The notes under the pieces were generated by a model. It was given only the letters and a program-made list of their open reading frames with translations. It did no database searches and was not told the DNA's origin. Of a DNA stretch of 64,000 nucleotides, positions 25,007-38,199 are shown one piece after another (position 1 is the first letter of the stretch; every line of letters begins with the position of its first letter). The position numbers and the translations under genes are program-made. The stretch lies in NCBI RefSeq assembly GCF_001194135.2, contig NC_068989.1, positions 26,005,096 through 26,069,095 on the forward strand, written 5' to 3'. The DNA is from Octopus bimaculoides. Its lineage: Eukaryota.

Positions 25007-26901
25007 TCTATACTATAAAAGGCAAATCTACTTTGTGTGTGTGTATGTTTAAAATTAATACATTTACACAATTCAAAATTTCTTCGATTAAACAATCTTA
25101 ATTAATATTCTAAATACAATAAGGTAGGTCACTGCGTCATTTTTTCACTCCAAAAATGTCCTAATAATGAATAAAATCCGTAAAACTACAGGAGTAAACA
25201 TTTTCTCCCTAATAAAATCTAATTTCCTCTTTCTAATACAAATCCTTTCAACTCCTACTTCCTCTTATGTCCTACTTTTTCTTATGAACCTTTACGAAAA
25301 TACAACAACAAATACAAAAGAAAGGAAGGAGAAAAATAAAACTATCAAAACTGAAACAATCACATTTCGATATTGTGATGACAAATACTAAAACTACATA
25401 CAAAATTACTTTGCCCCTCTAAAATTAACTGTTTCTATTCCTCTTACACATCGTTTCAATTGCTACTTTCTCTTACGAACGTTTACCAACGATCGAAGAA
25501 AAAAGACAAAGAAACGAAGGGGAGTGAGAGTCAAATAAACAGACGCACTGCCAATCATACGTAAATACACACACATATATATGTACCTATGGTTACCAAT
25601 GACCTCATTCTAATTGGCGGGAACTAAACCCTAACAGAGAAACGAAAGAAAAAGAGGTCAAATAAATATTTTCCCCTGTAACACAATGTCATTTCCTCTT
25701 TCTATAACAACTTTCACCTTTTATTCCGCACATGAAATGCCACCTGTACATTTACATACAAATACACAGATACATGCAAATACCTCTCACTTAGAAGAAG
25801 CTGCGATCAGATTCCTACATCCATTTGCGTGATGGCATCAATAATGACGCTGACACAAGAAACATCGGCAAAATTTGCACTCTCCCCTCAACATATACAG
25901 GGGGGCCACGATACATGCACGAGCGAACACAAGACGCTATGACTTTCGTTCGGCACTATGGACGCCCTGATTTATTCATTACATTTACATGTAACCCCAA
26001 GTGGGTTGAGGTAACACGGGAACTTCTCCCACACCAGCAGTACTGCCATCGGCATGATCTTATTGCCAGGATTTTCAAGAAGAAGCTGACTAGGCTAATT
26101 GATTTCATAAAAAAAGGGCAAGTGTTTGGCCCTGTTAAATGTCACATGTATACTGTTGAGTGGCAGAAGAGAGGGTTGCCACAAGCACACATTTTGGTTT
26201 GGTTGGTCACCAAAATAGACCCTACACTTATAGATGAAATCATCAAAGCAGAAATCCCAAACCCCACTGTTGACCGACAGATGTACGACAAAGTCATGGC
26301 ACACATGGTGCATGGTCCGTGCGGTCTCGGTTTTCAAAAATTATCCTCATGCCACAAAGACCAAGTGTGCACTAAACGATACCCAAAGAGTTTCGTGGAC
26401 GAGACCCAGACCGCTGGTAATGGATATCCACTGTACAGACGAAGGCGGCCTGAGAATGGGGGATTCACTATAACCTTACGGGGTCATCAAGTTGATAATA
26501 GATGGGTGGTCCCATACTGTCCATTACTCATGACAATTTTCAACGCTCATATAAATATGGAGTTCTGTCATTCAGTACTTATGTTAACAAGGGTTCGGAC
26601 GCTGCCATGTTCGGCCTTCAAAAGGACAATAGCATGGACGAGGTGTCGCAGTACTTGGCAGGTCGATATATCAGCAGTGGGGAAGCTTTTTGGCGGATAT
26701 TCGGGTTTCCGCTTCACCAAAGGAGCCCCGCCATCATACAACTCGCGGTTCATTTGGAAAACGGCCAGCGGACTTATTTTACTGAACAGACTGCTGCTCA
26801 ATTGGCGGCCAATCGAAAAGAAACAAGTTTGACTGGGTTTTTTAGGCTTTGCCAAATTGACACATTTGCCAAAACGCTTTTATACCCTCAGGTTCCGTCC
26901 T
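25007..26901 (+). mobile_element. Helitron B: 5' terminus plus internally deleted Rep; 3' end hidden in the gap 26902-27624
   Basis: A|TCTATACTATAAAAGGC 5' end (A25006, TC 25007-8); the flanking PLE sequence resumes after the gap. Confidence 0.75.
25795..26901 (+). pseudogene. Helitron Rep (HUH endonuclease) fragment, little decayed
   Basis: KKLRSDSYIHLRDG...LPSTYTGGPRYMHERTQDAMTFVRHYGRPDLFITFTCNPKW...VEWQKRGLPQAHILVW...MVHGPCG...CTKRYPK...GYPLYRRR...DNRWVVPYCP; a deletion/frameshift near 26578; then YVNKGSD...GRYISSGEAFWRIFGFP. Confidence 0.97.
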
Positions 26902-27624
26902 NNNNNNNNNNNNNNNNNNNNNNNNNNNNNNNNNNNNNNNNNNNNNNNNNNNNNNNNNNNNNNNNNNNNNNNNNNNNNNNNNNNNNNNNNNNNNNNNNNN
27001 NNNNNNNNNNNNNNNNNNNNNNNNNNNNNNNNNNNNNNNNNNNNNNNNNNNNNNNNNNNNNNNNNNNNNNNNNNNNNNNNNNNNNNNNNNNNNNNNNNNN
27101 NNNNNNNNNNNNNNNNNNNNNNNNNNNNNNNNNNNNNNNNNNNNNNNNNNNNNNNNNNNNNNNNNNNNNNNNNNNNNNNNNNNNNNNNNNNNNNNNNNNN
27201 NNNNNNNNNNNNNNNNNNNNNNNNNNNNNNNNNNNNNNNNNNNNNNNNNNNNNNNNNNNNNNNNNNNNNNNNNNNNNNNNNNNNNNNNNNNNNNNNNNNN
27301 NNNNNNNNNNNNNNNNNNNNNNNNNNNNNNNNNNNNNNNNNNNNNNNNNNNNNNNNNNNNNNNNNNNNNNNNNNNNNNNNNNNNNNNNNNNNNNNNNNNN
27401 NNNNNNNNNNNNNNNNNNNNNNNNNNNNNNNNNNNNNNNNNNNNNNNNNNNNNNNNNNNNNNNNNNNNNNNNNNNNNNNNNNNNNNNNNNNNNNNNNNNN
27501 NNNNNNNNNNNNNNNNNNNNNNNNNNNNNNNNNNNNNNNNNNNNNNNNNNNNNNNNNNNNNNNNNNNNNNNNNNNNNNNNNNNNNNNNNNNNNNNNNNNN
27601 NNNNNNNNNNNNNNNNNNNNNNNN

Positions 27625-29095
27625 ATATATATATCATCCACACACTTTATACTCACTCTCCACATGCCCAACTTTATGTGCATTCTATATAATAGATTAT
27701 GCATCTTTATATTCTTGATCAAACAATTCTACCATAATATCAATAATAATATGGGCTCTGCCTGACACATAGTTAATATTCACACATACAGTATGCTTCG
27801 CTTGCATAATAAATATTATTCTTCTGTATATCTCTTACATATCTCATTATAAATTTGATTCATCTATGAAGTAATCCGAATCCTTTCCCCTAAATAGACC
27901 AAGGGAGATAACTCGTTGTTCTTGATTAGAACAATTATTTGGAATAAGTAGCTTTCCACCTTTTTTAAAATAAATAACTACCTTATATATATAACTTTAT
28001 TTTGTACACATCTTTAAATCTGTCATAGAAGTAAGTTTCAAATATTTTTATCCATCTAATAGTTTGTTTGCATAATCGAACGTATCTGTTAGTATATTGA
28101 AATGCTACTTAATACTAATAGCATTAATCTTTCTTTAGAATAATTAATGAAAATCTGTTTCATAACCGAACGATAATGATGTACATTAAAATTTATATTA
28201 CATGAATACCCTCCACCATTGATTGATGTTAACACGTTAAGATATACGACTATTTACGAGAGAACCTTTAATTTAATTCCTGCCCTATAATTACCTAAGT
28301 ATACAATATAGCCTATTCTTTCTTAGCCATAACTTTAAAATTCTTAAAATCTGCACATACACCTTTTATCATGTATCCCTAATCCTTTCAATTAACTATA
28401 ATCTTATTTCATTATTCTTTCCTCTCCGCCAATTTATTTCTCTCCATATTATTAATTGTTTTTTTTTCTCTTATCACTCCCTATTTCTTATCTTTCATTT
28501 TAATTCAATCTTTTTAATTAACGTCTTCAAAATATCTTACCTTAATTACATTATGTCCCTAACAACACTTAAACGTGCATATATTCTCTTAAATGATTGT
28601 ATAATTTCCATCAAACCAAATAACCGTTACTTTCTTAATCCCTAATAGGTTTTTAGAAAGGTTTGGTTAGCTACTTCCTTCCACTATTACTCCCTCGGCG
28701 CCTCCTCTTACTTTTCTAACCAACTAATGTTTACATTACGTAGATATTTATCATATGGATATGTAATCCTCATGCATCTTATCTAGAAAGGTTTTACCAT
28801 CAATTTGAATTCCTATGAAACGTATACAAATATTCGCTTTTTGAAAGATGTAGTCCCGCAGAGATATGAAGACTGTTGTTATTTTTTACATCTAAAACTT
28901 TTAACATGGCACGAATATTCCAAAGCACTGTTTACATAGTGACCAGACTGAAACATGTGTAGGCACTTCTTATGCTTATGTTAGTTTCATGTATGACCAT
29001 TTGATTTTTATTTGTATTAAACTATATGGTTTATTCATATTGTAATACAAATGAAATAAGTATCCACAATATGTTTCTCCTTTTTCACATAGAAA
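27625..29095 (+). mobile_element. Penelope-like element RT relic (right arm); its 5' stub lies at about 24940-25006
   Basis: Inverted homologue of 21445-22985 (roughly 75-80% by eye); tacatataattgcataaattg at 24977 matches minus-strand ~23030 tacatataattccataaattg. Confidence 0.55.
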
Positions 29096-29096
29096 T

Positions 29097-29280
<184 letters not shown>

Positions 29281-29299
29281 CGTACGTATTTATGTGTCT

Positions 29300-29490
29300 G
29301 TTAGTCACCCTTCACCGATGCTTGACACCGATGCTGGTGTGTTTACGTCCCGTTACTTAGTGATTTGGCAAAAGTGTCCGATAGAATAATTATCAGACTT
29401 GCAAAGAATAAGTCCTGGGGGTAATTAGTTCGATTAAAAGTGGTCCTCGTACACGGCAGCAGTCAAATGACTGAAACAAGTAAAAAGTAT
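29300..29490 (+). mobile_element. SINE 3' fragment
   Basis: ccgatgctggtgtgtttacgtccc...aagaataagtcctgggg...gcagtcaaatgactgaaacaagtaaaa, recognised as the 3' part of a common octopus SINE (recall). Confidence 0.65.
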
Positions 29491-29695
29491 ATATATATGA
29501 GTATATATGTGTGTGTGCATACATTATGTGTGTGCATGAATGTGAATATATGTATGCATATATGTATGTATATGTCAAAATCTCCCCTCCCTCTTCTTTA
29601 CTCTTTATTCTTTCTCAAACTATCTGTACCTGTGATTACTAATTATATATGAACGCTTCACAAAATGTAATTTTTTTTATTTTCTGATTCTTTGC

Positions 29696-29730
29696 CTGAA
29701 GAATTTCTAATAAGAAGTTTCCGAAACGTT
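29696..29730 (+). ncRNA. Degenerate hammerhead motif downstream of the plus-strand PLE RT relic
   Basis: CTGAAGA-ATTTCT(aata)AGAAGT-ttcc-GAAAC-GTT; stem II lacks its GGAA partner and stem I is poor. Confidence 0.35.
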
Positions 29731-30155
29731 TATTCAACCCGTACATCTTTCTATATTCCTAGCCAAATAAAATATGCATATTTTTGAATAAATAATATCG
29801 GACTATCACTGCTTTATCTAACTCATGTTTCTGTTGTATAACAACTTAGCATACAGTATTTCCTCAATATTCACCTCCATATACTTATATACTTCGCATC
29901 CATACAACAACAATAAAACTACATACCAGAATATAATACTGTAAGCAACTGTGGTTCAAGTGGACAATGTTTAAGGTTTTCTTTATATATANNNNNNNNN
30001 NNNNNNNNNNNNNNNNNNNNNNNNNNNNNNNNNNNNNNNNNNNNNNNNNNNNNNNNNNNNNNNNNNNNNNNNNNNNNNNNNNNNNNNNNNNNNNNNNNNN
30101 NNNNNNNNNNNNNNNNNNNNNNNNNNNNNNNNNNNNNNNNNNNNNNNNNNNNNNN

Positions 30156-30885
30156 ATATATGGGATTTGTTGACCTTGTGGACCATAACACCGGTTCCTA
30201 TATGTGGTGGCCTATTGTTTTATATTTTGCATCTGTGGCAACCCAAAATGCATGCATCTTGATGAATAGAGCAGGGCACAAAATTACAGTATGCAGTTTC
30301 ATGGAAAACATTTCTCTAACTCTATTGAAAAAGTATGGCTCTCCAAATTTTCAAATAAAACTTATATATCTGCTCATTTGAAAGACAATGCAAGATATGA
30401 CGGTGTTGAGTCCTGGATTGAATATATTCCAAATGAAAGAATATGCAAAGAGTTCTCTGGCAAAGGTCATTTCATAGGTGAAATATGTGATGTAGGAGTT
30501 CATTTCAAACATTTAAAGATGTATAATGTTTAGTAAATCTGTATAGTTTCATTTCAAAAAGATATATTTTACTAAATACATTTTCAGTTTTCATTGATAC
30601 TTTTTTTATATGAACATGAATTATTTTCATAAGTTATAGTCAGACATGATACTCTTTTTAGTCTGTAAATAAGTAAATTGCGCAGTTAACATTCTTATTC
30701 AAAATTCATATGCATAGAGCCGTATGACCGTTATAACTGACAGTGACTATTTCAGGAAATATCAAATGGATTTCAATGATTTTTTTTTCAGTTGTAATTT
30801 AGGTCAAAATAATAGTATGTGTGAATTTTCAGGCAATTTCATTCACTAGAAAAATTCCGGCAAGAATGGGTACACTTAGGGCTAT
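30156..30885 (+). mobile_element. piggyBac (PGBD-like) transposon 3' relic
   Basis: MGFVDLVDH...WWPIVLYFASVATQNACIL...LLKKY, then RYDG...ICKEF...ICDVGVH (decayed Cys-rich C-terminus); degenerate right end atgggtacacttaggg near 30866-30881. Confidence 0.7.
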
Positions 30886-33294
30886 TGTAAGACTTGGCCG
30901 TATCAAATGCGAACAGTAATTGAATTAATATTATTTTGGGTGTTAACAATGTAAAGATCCATACAATGCATATTCGTGTTAGTATGAGTCAGAAATCTAA
31001 TTTCAGAAAAATGTGTAATATATTCATTAGTACACTTTCAAGGTTTTTTATCGATCTTAATGCCATTAGTATTATTGCCAAAATCTTTGCAAATTTTGCA
31101 CACTTGTACTAAACGAATTTTATATTAACTATATAATACAATATTTAGAAAATTTGACATTTCCTCATTATACCTTTGTGTTTTAATAACTTATTTTGGA
31201 AATTTTGAACCATCCTATCTCAAGAATAACTGTTTTGTATAAAACACAATGATTGAATAAATATCAATTAAATAACTAAGGAAAATCGTTTACATTTGAC
31301 AATATGAGAATTATAAAAAATTTCACTGAAAAATCAAGGCTTTGCAAAAGTTTGCTACAGTCTAGAGGTTTACATTCTTTTCGTCTGGATAGATTTGAAT
31401 AAGAACATAAGGCCATTTTAATTATGTCTTTGAATCCATTTTCCAAGAGAAATTGACGATGAATCATGGAGTTTCTAAAGTTAATTCTCCCTATATATGT
31501 AACAGGGGAAAACAGGAGAGACTTGCGATGACTACTTCTCACCTATCAATCATTTACTTAACTAAATTGCAGATATATCGAACCATTTGCATATTGCATA
31601 AAATCACGACCAGCCTGTCACTTAAAACATTAGAATATAAAGATTACTGATCTGGTGAAGGAATTATCATTTACTATATATAAACGACATCGTAAAATTT
31701 TACAAGGGCGATTGAACATGAATATAGATCTAATATAACCTGCATACTTAATGAGGAAATGTGAAAGTAACAGATAAACTATTAGATTTATAAGCGTAAG
31801 CGAAAAAATATATCGTTGGCATTAATTATAACATCTCCCAAATCTGCAATGGTTACAGTCTTATTTCTGACGTTATTGTAAGGGTGGAGTATGTTTTGCT
31901 AAGAAGCAAAACTCAACATGTGGAGATTTGGTTTTTATCGCTATCAACGACTCACTAACTCCAACGTATTACACTTACATATTTGGTAAGTTGTAATTTA
32001 AGTGTTCACTCCCTTTCACATTTTACGAATAGTTTTATAGTCTGAAGCAAGTCTGCAATCTTCAACATAATAAGCAATGAATAGAATACTCCTGGATATA
32101 TCCATTTAAATTTTTGTCATATAACTTACGGAAGTTGTCGAAATTTTTCATTTGTCAGTATTTTCCATTAGTCAGTTACATATATTCTCTCGGCTATGAA
32201 AACGACGATTCATGAACGGTTAATATCCATCAACTATTGTAGCCTAAAGTCGACATTTCGCACTTAGATCAGATCTGTCTGTGTAAAAAAAAAAAAAAAA
32301 ATGTAACATTGTTGCATTTCCATGTGTTGTTAATTTGCTGAATCGTCTCACAAAAACCATAGATACCGTAATAAACAGAGGTGTCACTAATCTGAGTTGT
32401 ACGACAACTTTAACTAGAAATATTATACATTCGGAATCTGTCTATATGGAGAATTTATGATGCTAAGATGCAAATACATGCAACCGAAACATCAAACTGA
32501 TTGATTTAGTCTGATTTTTGTAATAAATATCTCAAATATTCAGTATTGTGTTTTTTATAGCAATAACTGTGACTTTTTTCATTAAATATTTCAATTGTTG
32601 TGTTGTTGTTTGCGTGAGTTTGACATAAATTTGATTTAAAGAATTTATTTTTTAATTTAATAGCAAATTTAAAAACTCGAGTCTTAAACAGTTAATGCAT
32701 CTTTAAAGAAATAAAAGCTTATTCTGCCAGATTATCATCGTGTACTTTTCATTTTGGAATCGTTAATTTGGCTTTGATATTCATCAGAATTATGAACGTA
32801 TAGGACAATTAATTATATTGGCCACGTATACGTATGTCATACAAATTCAGTAATACTAACACTGTATTATATATATATATATATNNNNNNNNNNNNNNNN
32901 NNNNNNNNNNNNNNNNNNNNNNNNNNNNNNNNNNNNNNNNNNNNNNNNNNNNNNNNNNNNNNNNNNNNNNNNNNNNNNNNNNNNNNNNNNNNNNNNNNNN
33001 NNNNNNNNNNNNNNNNNNNNNNNNNNNNNNNNNNNNNNTATATATATATTCTAATTTTAAAATTCTCTTCAATGTTAGAAGTATTTTATATAATTCATCT
33101 ACCTTTTATTACTAGTATATAGTTCAATCACAATAGTTAATCAACACGATGACATGATTTTACACTGTATTAGTAATATCAATAGAAATAATAGTTGTGA
33201 AACAAAGTTGGAATGGCAACGCTGTTGCCTATTCCCGTCCATAGTAAGCAATTAGAACTTGTAGTATGTACCATGATTTTGTTTATTTTTTTAG

Positions 33295-33427
33295 GAGAGT
33301 GTGTAGCCGCAAGCGAACAGATATTGTCTTTGCGGCTCCACCATGTTTGACTCAGCTCCTCGGGCATCTTGATGTGCGCTGTCGAAAGAGGCACATTGAC
33401 TGCATTGTTGGAATAGTACAGGCAGAC
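33295..33427 (+). CDS. Candidate host exon, Cys-rich; product unassigned
   Basis: Strong acceptor tttgtttatttttttag, GC-richer than the flanks, open frame RVCSRKRTDIVFAAPPCLTQLLGHLDVRCRKRHIDCIVGIVQAD; donor gac|gtatat is weak. Confidence 0.25.
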
Positions 33428-36400
33428 GTATATGTGTATGTTAACTATACACTGTCTTCAGAGATAATACAATTTAAAACACTTTTTTCTGACAATAAAC
33501 TGCCAACACTAATTGGCGACGACTGAAATCTAACAAAGTTATATGTGTGATTAGTACACATAAACAATCACAGCCATATACTATCTGATATAAAATTGGT
33601 ATGCATTATATACATGAGTATATGTGATACAATCTGTGCAATTCACAATATAAACTTATTACTATTTACCATTGCTGAAGACAAAATCACTCATGGACAA
33701 ACTATAGTATTTTGTAGGTTTATACCGGAGAAAAGGTCTTAAGTAATTAATGTATTCAGTTATATGTTGTAAGAAAATATACAAACTGAAAGAAGAGTTG
33801 AGGCAGACATCCTCAACAATAATATATTGAAACTATTAAGCATTTCTTCCCCTATGATCTTGGTTTCCATGTCATTGTTGGTAACGTGACCACCAGGAAA
33901 CATTTATGTATGACGATTTGATAAGTATAATATCCACAACATGCTATTTATCTACATATAATAAAAGTATACGTTTCGGGGTATAATGTATAATTAAACA
34001 AGAACATAATATTCTATGCTTAACATGTTTGTAGATTGCATTGCTTTTAATGAAAGTGCAAAACATGTACGGAAATACATCAGTAAATATTATAATTGCT
34101 CACCGTGGGTCTCCATTAACTTGCATTTAAACCTAATATATTTTTACATGTAGTCTAACTTATTTTCCTATAAAATGTATATATTACATGCCGTAATATA
34201 TATCTAACGAAAGGAGATAAATAATGAAAACTATATTGGTTTTCCCATTTGACTATTGTATATGTGTTATATATTGCTTCTATGTTATTGTATGTTCCCA
34301 ATTAAATGGTGCTTTCGTCGAGCAATATTTTCTTACAATGAAATCAATTTGCTAATGCTTATCGTGCTGTCCTTTACATGCTAATAGATTCCTGTACACA
34401 AAAAAACAGAACAAATCTAAAACAACGAATAATTTATCAAAACTGACTTTATAGTTGAATTGCTGTGAGGTTAATATTATTGATTACAATAGAAAAATAT
34501 CATTCTCCATTTTACCATTATAAATTTCGAGTTCGGATTTTTTTTTTAAATATGAAAGCATTTGAGTTTTAAACAAAAAAAGTTGTTTTTATGGGGAAAA
34601 TGTTGTTTTATAAAGAAATATATCTTAAAAGAAACCTAATAAAAGCACAAACGTATTAGCTTGGCTTATGTAAATGAAGTTGTAAATGATGTCAAAGTGA
34701 ACATTTTTTTGTCTTTTCCATGATAGTATTTATCACCAAATAGTGCCTGCTGAGTTTTAATAAAGTTTCAAAGGAACTAAAGCTATCTATTTGTAACGTG
34801 TTTTCAAAATAAATAACAGCAGTAAAAATTGAATTGCGAAATTGTGCTGTTGCAATTGCTTTGATCATTTCAAACAAATTTTCTTTTTCATATTTCAACA
34901 AAATTTAATGTAAAGAGTATTGCCATTCATATTCAATGCTATATTATGATGCTCTTAATAGTTTATAAAGTTTCTACTGCACCATGAGGCGTTACGTAGG
35001 TGGCCTGTCTTTAGGAGTGTTATTTGTATTTCGCATATGAGTGTTGGCTGCGTAGAATTCTGGAAATAGCGTTCTTTAGTGTTCTAGCGATGAGTGGTTG
35101 ACTGCGTTTGGGTAAGTGATGTGCTATTTCATTCTGTGACGTTTGCGGGGAGCACGGCTTGTGATATTTTCAATGATAGACAGACAGAGATAGATAAATA
35201 AATTCACACACATATGTACTCGAATATATTGAACGGTTACGTAGTTTTCATTATAGCTTTTAAACTGGAGCCTTAAGTTTTTAGAATATCTCATATTGGT
35301 GTTTCAAATCTGAGTACTTCATGATATTAACTCTTACGACTTTCATACTAGATCTGCTCTTAATATTAGCGAGTCAAATTTATAATGAGACAACTGGTCT
35401 CTTAATCCATGTTAGCTCTTCCATAGCCAACTACAAAACATTCAGTGTGTAATTGCAATGCAAATTTATAGATTGTTTTAGTGCATCGATTGTTTTAATT
35501 TTGTTTTCCTTCTCATTTTATGCTTGTGCCATGACATGGTACATGAAACATCCTTAATGTTTTATGCAGACACAACATAGCTTTAGATTTCCATTTAAAA
35601 ATTAATATTTTTCAAACAAACGAACTTCAATCTCTTTTCGCTTCGGCGGCTTCATGGGCATTTACGGCTCTTTAAATGCATTATAAAGATAATATTTTGA
35701 AAAAATCACGGGCAAATGAAAGAAGGTGTGATTTGAAATATTTTACATTGCTCATATAACAGGTCCGGCATGACTTTCATTTTTGCTTTTAACGATAGAC
35801 TAATCTGAAATGTATACATTTCATGTATTCGGTGGAATCCTTTGTTTTATGCAGCATCTGTCATTCATTACCTCACACTACTACCGGTCTTGCTCAGCCT
35901 TAGTAACACTTAAATTACGTTCGTAAGAATTCTCTCTATTTTCAAAATAAAGTGTTTTATCTTAGGTTGACAATTTTTAGCCGGGCCACAAATGTTAAAA
36001 CACTGATTTTTTATAGGGAAGCCTTCAAGAAGATGGTCGTTGTTGAGATTCGTAAAGATACGTAAAAACAAACATATAAACCATGAATGAAACTTTTGTT
36101 TTTTCACTTATTAACATTTAAGAAAGCATTTTTCTCATTCAAATTCTCTTCTACTTGTAATTAATTACATGTAATTAAATACAAGTTTATTTTTAAGTAA
36201 CTAATTTCTACAATCTTTTTTGCTATGCCTTCAATAGAACAGTTTTGTCTGTTTATTCAAAGAATGATTAAATATTAAAGTCTAATGGTTTTAATTAATG
36301 TGTAATCATAAAAACTTAATCCAAAAGATTTAGTATTTCAATTTTTCTTTATCTGCAGAGTTTCTAATAAGAAATGCCTTTTATGTCTATATTACGTGTA

Positions 36401-36532
36401 TATCTTTGCGATTCCCATTACCAAATGAAACACGTGTAAAGGTGAAAAAATAATTCCAGAAGATATAACCGAATTTTTATTATCAAATCATACATTCACA
36501 CATATATCTACATATAAACATGCTTACAAATA

Positions 36533-36619
<87 letters not shown>

Positions 36620-38199
36620 GATAGATATAGATATAGATATATGTATGCATGTATGTATATATATATGTGTATGTGTGTGTGTGTGAGTGTGAGTGTGTGT
36701 GTGTGTGTGTACACATATATGTTCGTAAACATGTTTAAATATGTTACGTAATAATGGAAAAAATACTCCATGTTTTACCATACGTGTCAAATATACGATA
36801 TTTCTATGAAATTAATCTGAAATGGAAATTACATATTGGAATGTTGAAGTTAAGTGGTTATATGTTTTTTTCCATTCATTTTCACTGAAGTGCAAAATCA
36901 CATTGTGAGGTCAGTTCCGGAAATATTTCCTATTAACGATAAAAAATAATAATAAATTTCCAGGAAGAATATATCTAATACTTATAATGCAGTTTGTCGA
37001 AAGAAATAGAACATTAAATTCTTGCTTCACAAGAGCGTTCCGGAGAAGCAATTATATTCAAGGTTTCTTCTCTAGGAATATATCTTTTATCGAAATTAAC
37101 TGTGATGTATTTCATTTGGAAATTTTTCTCAAGACGTTTTGGTATGCTCTTTATGAAATATTTGCTCAACTATGAAATATTTGCTTGGGTTGTAGGTAGC
37201 TTAACTCTGTCTGTAGCATTGGCATGTGATGTAAATAGTTTGATTAATTTCTTACCAGTACAAGGAGCTGGTTCATAAGTATGTAATTAAAAATGTAACT
37301 CTTATGCATAAATTAACGCTATAACGAAGATAAACAAACTATGACAAAAGTTAAAATCTAGTAATGTTAGTAACACCTAATTTCTCTTCTCAGGTGCCTG
37401 TATGTGTTGCAATTTCATATTTTGTGGAAGATTATTTTTTAAACTTACTTTTTGTATATGTACTATAATTTGTATATTGCTGCAGAATGTATTTTATACT
37501 TTCGAAAAATATTGTCAAAGCACGAGTGATTTATGAGGAAGAAGGGTTCAATATAATAGAAAATAAATTATAGTTTCAAGAGGCATATTTGAAAGAGATA
37601 TTTGAATTCATAAGTTCAACACTAAAAGTATCGGCAGTATATTTTTATAATTGTGTCAGACTATCACGAAGTACCAGCAAATAATGCACATTGAAGTGGC
37701 ATGAAGATAGGTACTATGATAATGTTGGAGCTAACCTTCCCGAAATATTCGGCGTATCTCCCTTAAATCAAATCCTACTGTATGACACACGTATGAACAT
37801 TAAATAGTATCGTATAAGATAACGGTGAAAGAAAAGAGAATGTTCTGGTAGTAGTTCATTTGATGTGAGGTAATGGCAATCAGAGATCAACTAGTTTAAA
37901 AGGACAATATACATCTGAGTGCAAACGCGTTATAATGAGCACTGGTAAACACACTTTTCTCCATTATAAGGCACCCTCCGCAATGAACTAAATTCAATAA
38001 GTTACGTAAGAATATTATTTCAGGCAAGGCAACTATTATTTTCAATCAATTCACAATACAACCGTAAGTTCATACGCATAAAAATACCAGTAGCGTTAAT
38101 AATTTCATATATTGAAATCACAATAGTTAACTCAGGGAACCCTTACGTAGGTATTAGAGATACTTGAAATCACCACTAAATATTTATTTCCAAGGAAGG

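Noticed and set aside
25825-26832. Active Helitron transposase gene
   Set aside because: N-terminus absent, HUH mutated, Tyr motif deleted with frameshift, helicase not visible.
35600-35990. Tc1-like relic
   Set aside because: Only a vague TIR-like end and a short basic peptide; not supportable.
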